A DNA stretch of 32,000 nt from Desulfocapsa sulfexigens DSM 10523 (GTDB taxonomy: Bacteria > Desulfobacterota > Desulfobulbia > Desulfobulbales > Desulfocapsaceae). Of the stretch, positions 26,281-32,000 are shown one piece after another; within the stretch, counting starts at the first letter, position 1; each line of letters opens with the position of its first letter. The stretch spans positions 210,001 to 242,000 of the forward strand of contig NC_020304.1 of the NCBI RefSeq assembly GCF_000341395.1. The letters run 5' to 3'. Both the position numbers and the translations under genes were made by a program. A model generated the notes under the pieces. That model was not told where the DNA came from. It was given only the letters and a program-made list of their open reading frames with translations, and searched no databases.

Positions 26281-26358
26281 TACCTCATTGTGACCTACAT
26301 TGAAGTCAAAGGAAAGGGCATTGAGCCCATCACAAACAATCCACCACCGGAGGAAAAC

Positions 26359-26571
26359 ATGAGAACAGTAACAGCATTGATTACAGCCCTGGCCCTCACC
26401 GTAATGATCAGCGTAACTGCACAGGCAGCCACTCTTAAATGTACGGTTGAAAAAGTTGAAGGAAATGTAATAACCATGGATTGCGGTGACAAAGCCGCAA
26501 GCCTTGCCGCAGGTACGGAGGTCAAAGTAAAAACGGCCACAACAAAGGCTGCCGCAATCGAAGGCTGCTAA
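26359..26571 (+). CDS. Small secreted Cys-containing protein (70 aa precursor)
   Basis: Trimmed to the ATG at 26359, 6 nt after GGAGG. Signal peptide MRTVTALITALALTVMISVTAQA. Mature ~47 aa with three Cys, the last being the C-terminal residue (..AAIEGC). Confidence 0.6.
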   Translation: MRTVTALITALALTVMISVTAQAATLKCTVEKVEGNVITMDCGDKAASLAAGTEVKVKTATTKAAAIEGC

Positions 26572-26585
26572 GCAGTATTACCTGG

Positions 26586-26617
26586 GGCTGGAAGCTCACA
26601 GAATTGGGTTTCCAGCC
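26586..26617 (+). terminator. Hairpin downstream of the small peptide gene
   Basis: An 8-bp stem, ggctggaa / ttccagcc, with a 16-nt loop. The T-tract (gtttttc) is displaced by about 10 nt, so function is uncertain. Confidence 0.35.
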
Positions 26618-26752
26618 TCTGACGGAGTTTTTCTCTTCATAAAAACACTCGTTAATTATGGCTTAGCGTAGAAAAGAGTGGTAGCACATCTGTTTTCCTG
26701 ATAGGGTCTTTCCTTTTTTCACCAAAGACAATTGAAAGAACAAGGAGTTCAG

Positions 26753-28060
26753 ATGAGTTTTAAACAGTTTCAGTTCATGGCACAGATCAACAGCAACATC
26801 AGCACCTGCGGCTATGAGCACCCGACCCCCATCCAGGAAAAAGCCATCCCTGAAGTGATGAGCGGGAAAGATATCCTGGGACTTGCCCAGACAGGAACGG
26901 GTAAAACCGCTGCCTTTGCTCTCCCCATTATCGAAAAATTAGCCGGGGGGCCACGGGGCAATGTCCGAGCGCTTATCATAGCACCAACCAGAGAACTCGC
27001 AGAACAGATTACCACAAGCTTTAAGGAACTTGCAGCAGACACCGGGCTACGAATCCTTGCTGTCTATGGCGGTGTGGGAAAAAAGCCTCAATTCGATGCA
27101 TTCAACCGCGGTGTTGAAATCCTCGTCGCCTGCCCTGGCCGTCTTCTTGACCATTTAAACAATCATGATCTCAAACTGACCAGTGTGGCAACACTCGTTC
27201 TCGATGAGGCAGACCAGATGTTCGACATGGGATTTTTTCCCGATATCCGTCGTATTCTCAAACACCTGCCGTCTAAGCGTCAAACCCTCCTCTTTTCTGC
27301 CACCATGCCGGCCGATATCCGTAAACTGGCAGATGAAACACTGACCAACCCGAAAGAGATACGGATCAAACTAGAGCAACCCCTTGACCTTATTACCCAG
27401 GCACTCTACCCGGTCTCAAAACGACAAAAATCCGATCTCCTCGTCCATATCCTTCAAAAGGACCCTGTGGAAGGATCGACTTTGATCTTCACCCGCACCA
27501 AATACGGCGCAAAAAATCTTGCTAAAAAGCTCGAAAAATCTGGATTCTCCACCTCTGCACTTCAGGGAAACATGTCACAAAACCAGCGAAACATGGCACT
27601 GGAAGGTTTTCGGGACGGGACATTCAAGATACTGGTGGCAACCGACATCGCTGCTCGTGGTATTGATGTGTCACGGGTAGCCCAGGTTGTCAACTTTGAT
27701 CTTCCCTCAACCGCCGAAGCCTACACCCATCGCATTGGACGGACAGGACGTGCCGAACGCAGTGGCCGTGCCATCAGTTTTATGTGCTACGATGACCAGG
27801 CAATGGTCAAAGCCATTGAAAAACTCCAGGGAAAGACCATCAAACGAATCGCTATTGACGGTTTTTATATGGAAGAGGCCAGTGAACAACAGGAACAGAA
27901 AGGAAACCAGGTTCCCCGTAAGCACAATCGCAGGCCAAAGAAACAGACAGGGCCGCGTCCTTCCGGCAACAGACAAAAGAAACCTGCCGCCAAGGCAAAA
28001 AAATCTACAGATCCAAAACGCGCCTCCAATATCTTTGGCCTCGGTCAAAAAGGGAAATAG
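26753..28060 (+). CDS. rhlE: DEAD-box ATP-dependent RNA helicase (RhlE-like) with basic C-terminal tail
   Basis: Start moved to the ATG at 26753 (AAGGAG 5 nt upstream). Q-motif region, AQTGTGKT, DEAD (VLDEADQMF), SAT, HRIGRTGRA. Lys/Arg-rich tail. Confidence 0.9.
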   Translation: MSFKQFQFMAQINSNISTCGYEHPTPIQEKAIPEVMSGKDILGLAQTGTGKTAAFALPIIEKLAGGPRGNVRALIIAPTRELAEQITTSFKELAADTGLRILAVYGGVGKKPQFDAFNRGVEILVACPGRLLDHLNNHDLKLTSVATLVLDEADQMFDMGFFPDIRRILKHLPSKRQTLLFSATMPADIRKLADETLTNPKEIRIKLEQPLDLITQALYPVSKRQKSDLLVHILQKDPVEGSTLIFTRTKYGAKNLAKKLEKSGFSTSALQGNMSQNQRNMALEGFRDGTFKILVATDIAARGIDVSRVAQVVNFDLPSTAEAYTHRIGRTGRAERSGRAISFMCYDDQAMVKAIEKLQGKTIKRIAIDGFYMEEASEQQEQKGNQVPRKHNRRPKKQTGPRPSGNRQKKPAAKAKKSTDPKRASNIFGLGQKGK

Positions 28061-28102
28061 CAGTAGAGGCAATCAGACCACTTCATATTGCTGACACCAC
28101 AT

Positions 28103-28132
28103 GATTGCAGCAAGGGATCCGTTGCTGCAATC
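28103..28132 (+). terminator. Hairpin after the helicase gene
   Basis: An 11-bp perfect stem, gattgcagcaa / ttgctgcaatc, with an 8-nt loop. There is no clean T-tract. Confidence 0.45.
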
Positions 28133-28278
28133 ACTTCCTCCTTTCCTCTGTTCCCCATCAAGGCACACTCTATCCTTGACAGGAAACAGGCTTTTCACAT
28201 ACCATTAAATAGAAAAAAGTATCTATTGCAAACAGGTTAAGGAGAATTTTCTTTTTCGATAGACCATAAGAGGAAAAC

Positions 28279-29232
28279 ATGCTTGAGACGCTGGACACTC
28301 CTGGATCCACCTTTCGCCCTTCGTACCGTCTGCGGCTGATATTTTCTCCGGTCCTTCGATCAGTGTCATTATGCATATTGTTATGGCTACCATTATGCTT
28401 TCCACTAACCGCTTCAAGTCAGGATCTTCAGGAAATCAAAAATTCAGGTGTTTTACGCCATCTGGGAATCCCCTATGCCAACTTTATAACCGGAAGTGGA
28501 GACGGCCTAAACATTGAACTGGTACAGGGATTCGCATCGTACATTGGGGTCAACTACCTGTTCATAGCAAGTGACTGGAACACTATCCTTGGCGATCTCA
28601 CCGGACGTCATGCCTCTCGCGATGAAAACGGTGCCAGATATCTCGAAAGCACCCCTGTGAAGGGTGATATCATTTCCACCGGGATGACAGTCCTCCCGTG
28701 GCGCCAGGCTGTTATCAATTTCTCAAACCCCACTTTTCCATCGGCCGTCTGGCTGCTAGCCCGCTCCGAATCCAACCTGCAGCCAATAAAACCGTCGGGC
28801 TCAATCGAAGCTGATATTGTTGCCGTCAAGAATTCCCTTGATGGCCACAGCGTGTTGGCCATGGAAAACACCTGCCTGGATCCCGCACTGTACAGGCTAT
28901 CGGAGACACGAGCCAATATCCGTCTGCCGAAAAAGAAAATCCGGCTCAATGAAATGGCACCGGCAATTTTAGCCCGTGAAGCGGAAGCCACCCTTCTGGA
29001 TGTTCCTGACGCTTTGATTGCCCTGGAAAAATGGCCGGGGCAGTTAAAAGTAATTGGACCCGTTTCCGCAAGGCAGGTGATGGGATCCGGTTTCAGAAAA
29101 GAGTCGCCAGAACTCCTTGAAGCGTTCAATATGTATCTAGAAAAGATCAAACGGGACGGCACCTATAACAGGATCGTGAAGAAATACTATCCCACGGTCT
29201 TCAGTTATTATTCAGACTTTTTCACAGAGTGA
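28279..29232 (+). CDS. Periplasmic substrate-binding protein, SBP_bac_3 (amino-acid-binding / MltF-like) family
   Basis: AGAGGA RBS. Hydrophobic leader SVSLCILLWLPLCFPLTA. SBP family-3-like core (GVLRHLGIPYANF..., GDIISTGMTVLPWR...). The N-terminal extent is uncertain. Confidence 0.7.
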   Translation: MLETLDTPGSTFRPSYRLRLIFSPVLRSVSLCILLWLPLCFPLTASSQDLQEIKNSGVLRHLGIPYANFITGSGDGLNIELVQGFASYIGVNYLFIASDWNTILGDLTGRHASRDENGARYLESTPVKGDIISTGMTVLPWRQAVINFSNPTFPSAVWLLARSESNLQPIKPSGSIEADIVAVKNSLDGHSVLAMENTCLDPALYRLSETRANIRLPKKKIRLNEMAPAILAREAEATLLDVPDALIALEKWPGQLKVIGPVSARQVMGSGFRKESPELLEAFNMYLEKIKRDGTYNRIVKKYYPTVFSYYSDFFTE

Positions 29233-29241
29233 TTCCAGCAG

Positions 29242-31101
29242 ATGATAAAGCGATTTCTTACATTTGCCGCAGCGCCCTTTTTAATAACCTACCTCCTCCT
29301 GCTGGTGGGATCCAGTTTTATGTCCCAGCAAAATCTGCGACAGGCCTCTGAAAGCAGCTTACGCTTTAACCTTGAAAAAAAAGCTGCCATACTCAGCTAC
29401 TTCCATTCGGAACGGGAAAACGACATCAACACTCTGGCCAGAGACCATAGCCTGGATAACTTTTTTTCCAACCGGGCCCTTGGCATGTCCATGGAATACG
29501 GCTTGCGTGCCAGTCTCATCTCAATGCGGGAAAGTTTCCAGAAAATAGTTCAAGAAAAGAAGCTCAACAATCTCCCCATTTACCTTCGTTTGCTGTTCAC
29601 GGAAAATCAGGGAAACAATCTGATTGATGTTGGATTATCAAGTGGCAAGAGCGTTCCCTGGTCGAATTCTGGTATACCCGAGACTGATCGAATTGCCTCC
29701 TTTGTCGTTATGAATGGAAAACGTATCCATGTAATCCTTACCCTCCCCTATTTTCACAAGGGCAAACGGATGGGAACAATCATCGCAGAGATCAACCGTG
29801 AGGAGGTTATTCAGTATCTGACCCATAGCCAGGAATCGGAAAACATCAAATACGCCACCATCATCGCTGACACCAAATACGTTATCAACAATGCCCCTTC
29901 CGGAAGTCCACAGCCAACTCCGCCCATTTCGGCCAATGCGACTTCACCTGTAATACAAATGCCCATAGGCGAGACTCCATTTATTTTGACGGCACAACAT
30001 GCTCACAGGGATGCACTCACTACCTTTCTTACATCACGCTGGTACCCTGTCTCTCTCATTCTTCTTACCCTTCTAGCGCTCTATTTCATAATGATTCGAA
30101 GTCAGGCGAAAGCCCACACCATGCTTTTACGCAGACAGGTTGAAGAGGCTGATCGTCAACATACCCTGATGCTTCAGAAAAATGCACTTCTTAAGCAGGA
30201 GGTGCAAAAACGACTGGACAGTGAAACACGTCTCCAGACTCTGGTAGAAACAATTCCTGATCTCGTCTGGCTGAAAAACCCTGAAGGAGTCTACCTTTCC
30301 TGTAACCCTAAATTCGAACGCCTATACGGCGCAACAGAAGAAGAAATTATCGGCAAGACAGATTACGATTTTGTCGAAAGGGAGCGGGCAGATTCATTAC
30401 GCATACTCGACCAGGAGGCTATGGATGCTGACGCCCCTCTTATCAACGAAGAGACGGTTACCTATGCTGACGATGGCCATGAAGAATCGGTGGAAATAAT
30501 ACGAACCCCTCTGCGTGACAGTGAAGGAACACTGGTGGGAGTTTTAGGGATAGCCAGAAACATCACAGCCCGAAAACAGGCTGAAGAAGAGGCCCGTTAT
30601 CTTTCTACCCATGATCCCCTGACCGGGCTTTTCAATCGCAGGATGCTGGAAAAGCGGGTAATTGAAGAAATTGACCGGGCAGAGCGTTACAACCATACTC
30701 TTTCAATCTTTATGGTGGATCTGGATCATTTCAAAACGGTCAACGACACCTATGGTCACCTGAGCGGAGATATTGTTCTCCGCCATCTGGCAAAAATTCT
30801 GGCAGTATCCATCCGCAAGACAGACTATGTCGCTCGATATGGTGGAGAAGAATTCATTGTCGTTCTCCCGGAGACACCTCTGACTGAAGCCCATGAACTG
30901 GCAGAAAGATTATGTAAAGAGATTAGAAGATACCCTATTCCACTGAAAGACGGACAGACAATCAAGGTAACGGCAAGCATAGGAGTGGCTTGTTTTCCAG
31001 AGCATCACAAATCCTGGGAAGGAATAATCGGGGCTGCAGATTCAGCGATGTATGCGGCCAAACAAGCTGGTCGAAATCAGGTGAAAATCGCAGCTCCCTG
31101 A
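29242..31101 (+). CDS. Sensor diguanylate cyclase (TM - ~230 aa periplasmic domain - TM - PAS - GGDEF)
   Basis: Two TM helices (FAAAPFLITYLLLLVGSSF; WYPVSLILLTLLALYFIMI). PAS segment (LVETIPDLVWLKNPEGVYLSCNPKFERLYG). GGDEF domain with DPLTGLFNRR, GGEEF and an RKTD I-site. Confidence 0.88.
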   Translation: MIKRFLTFAAAPFLITYLLLLVGSSFMSQQNLRQASESSLRFNLEKKAAILSYFHSERENDINTLARDHSLDNFFSNRALGMSMEYGLRASLISMRESFQKIVQEKKLNNLPIYLRLLFTENQGNNLIDVGLSSGKSVPWSNSGIPETDRIASFVVMNGKRIHVILTLPYFHKGKRMGTIIAEINREEVIQYLTHSQESENIKYATIIADTKYVINNAPSGSPQPTPPISANATSPVIQMPIGETPFILTAQHAHRDALTTFLTSRWYPVSLILLTLLALYFIMIRSQAKAHTMLLRRQVEEADRQHTLMLQKNALLKQEVQKRLDSETRLQTLVETIPDLVWLKNPEGVYLSCNPKFERLYGATEEEIIGKTDYDFVERERADSLRILDQEAMDADAPLINEETVTYADDGHEESVEIIRTPLRDSEGTLVGVLGIARNITARKQAEEEARYLSTHDPLTGLFNRRMLEKRVIEEIDRAERYNHTLSIFMVDLDHFKTVNDTYGHLSGDIVLRHLAKILAVSIRKTDYVARYGGEEFIVVLPETPLTEAHELAERLCKEIRRYPIPLKDGQTIKVTASIGVACFPEHHKSWEGIIGAADSAMYAAKQAGRNQVKIAAP

Positions 31102-31118
31102 ACGCTACGCCGGATTCC

Positions 31119-31148
31119 TTGACAAGACACCTTATTTGCACATAGGAT
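31119..31148 (+). promoter_or_regulatory. Possible sigma70 promoter for the downstream PilZ gene
   Basis: TTGACA - 18 nt - TAGGAT. Sequence match only. Confidence 0.3.
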
Positions 31149-31279
31149 TAAAAGAGGGATTCTTATAAAAGTAATCTGCAGCTGCATTCGAGCTGTCTGG
31201 ATGTTTCCCCCCCGAGTCCCCCTGGCTTTTCTTGAAAAAGAGTCTTTTTAATATCAACAGGACCGCAGAGGAAGCCATT

Positions 31280-31633
31280 ATGCTGGAACAACGAAAATAT
31301 GAGCGTTTTACTATTGCCAGTGAGATTCGAGCTCTTGCTTGCGATAAAGTTGCCAGGGTAACAGACATCAGTAAAGGGGGCCTTGCCTTAGTATTTCTAG
31401 ACGAAGCGACAAGCAATTTAAGAGGCGAATTTTCCCTTGACCTCCTCTGTCAGGCGAAGAATCTCGACGCAAGACAAATACCTGGAAAGGTTGTCTGGAA
31501 CAGGGAATTCTCCTTCTCAAAAATCCCCGGAATGGTTTACAAAAAAGCAGGAGTACAATTTGGTAAACTCTCTGTCACCCAACAGAAACTGTTAAGGATG
31601 TTACTCTTTGCTGATAACAAATCGTCATTATAG
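31280..31633 (+). CDS. Single-domain PilZ protein (canonical motifs)
   Basis: Start moved to the ATG at 31280 (GAGGAA 6 nt upstream). RxxxR (RKYER) and D-x-S-x-x-G (DISKGG) motifs, plus a C-terminal AGVQF strand. Confidence 0.8.
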   Translation: MLEQRKYERFTIASEIRALACDKVARVTDISKGGLALVFLDEATSNLRGEFSLDLLCQAKNLDARQIPGKVVWNREFSFSKIPGMVYKKAGVQFGKLSVTQQKLLRMLLFADNKSSL

Positions 31634-31651
31634 GAGAAATCATACTTTCTC

Positions 31652-32000
31652 ATGCAGCCATCCCATACCAGACTTTCTCTTAACAGCCTTGCCTGCTTTT
31701 TTCTGACCAGTTGTCTTTTTCTAACGCTCATACTGCCTGAACACAGTTTTTCAAAGCAGTTGAAAGTTGGTGTCTACAGTAACAAACCGCTTGTCTTTGA
31801 GGATGAACAGGGGAATTTCCAGGGCCTCACCATCGATGTTCTGCGCGCCATTGCAGCGGCAGAGGGATGGGAACTCGAATTCGTACCCGGCAGTTGGACT
31901 GAATGCCTGCAAAGACTCGAACGTGGAGAGATCGATCTCCAGGTTTCCATCGCCTATTCCTCTGTCCGCTCACAACTTTTCAGCTTCCCGGACGAAACCC
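31652..32000 (+). CDS. N-terminal part of a protein with a periplasmic SBP_bac_3-type domain (probable sensor), 3' end cut by window edge
   Basis: Own translation from the ATG at 31652 gives MQPSHTRLSLNSLACFFLTSCLFLTLILPEHSFSKQLKVGVYSNKPLVFEDEQGNFQGLTIDVLRAIAAAEGWELEFVPGSWTECLQRLERGEIDLQVSIAYS... The frame is open to the window end. This is the typical family-3 SBP start, as found at the N-terminus of many hybrid sensor kinases and cyclases. Confidence 0.7.
   Translation, partial: MQPSHTRLSLNSLACFFLTSCLFLTLILPEHSFSKQLKVGVYSNKPLVFEDEQGNFQGLTIDVLRAIAAAEGWELEFVPGSWTECLQRLERGEIDLQVSIAYSSVRSQLFSFPDET

Noticed and set aside
28608-29162. 184-aa ORF antisense to the SBP gene. The 5144-5599 ORF antisense to the CHAD gene and the 20874-21734 ORFs antisense to accC are similar cases.
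   Set aside because: They are antisense shadows with no RBS and no recognisable motifs. The sense-strand genes have domain-level support.

Overview
The window looks like a chromosomal segment of a Desulfobacterota-type (deltaproteobacterial) genome. That guess rests only on gene content, for example the fused alpha-beta carboxyltransferase, CHAD, many c-di-GMP proteins and small periplasmic cytochromes. Core housekeeping genes are easy to recognise: nadC-valS-dgt, the corC-lnt-prfB operon with the programmed +1 frameshift in prfB, tRNA-Phe, a DEAD-box helicase, and an acetyl-CoA-carboxylase-like pair. Between them sit several poorly characterised modules:

- **Barrel plus cytochromes (1795-4049):** an outer-membrane barrel with a coiled-coil neck and two tandem monohaem cytochromes c. 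A degenerate CYTH/CHAD protein is transcribed divergently.
- **Secreted CARDB protein:** three CARDB-like domains carrying a novel-looking triple Cys-rich repeat, next to tRNA-Phe.
- **Zinc-ribbon protein:** followed by an extremely acidic, LD-repeat tail.
- **Membrane-tethered XRE regulator:** its extracytoplasmic domain has a secreted paralogue encoded immediately downstream. Upstream lie an orphan terminator/palindrome and a small secreted Cys peptide gene.
- **Palindromic intergenic element:** about 155 nt and highly structured.
- **c-di-GMP components:** two active-looking GGDEF cyclases, two PilZ proteins, and two SBP_bac_3-type sensor/binding modules.

I saw no CRISPR array, transposase, integrase or rRNA. 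All homology calls come from reading motifs by eye. Nothing was searched against a database.
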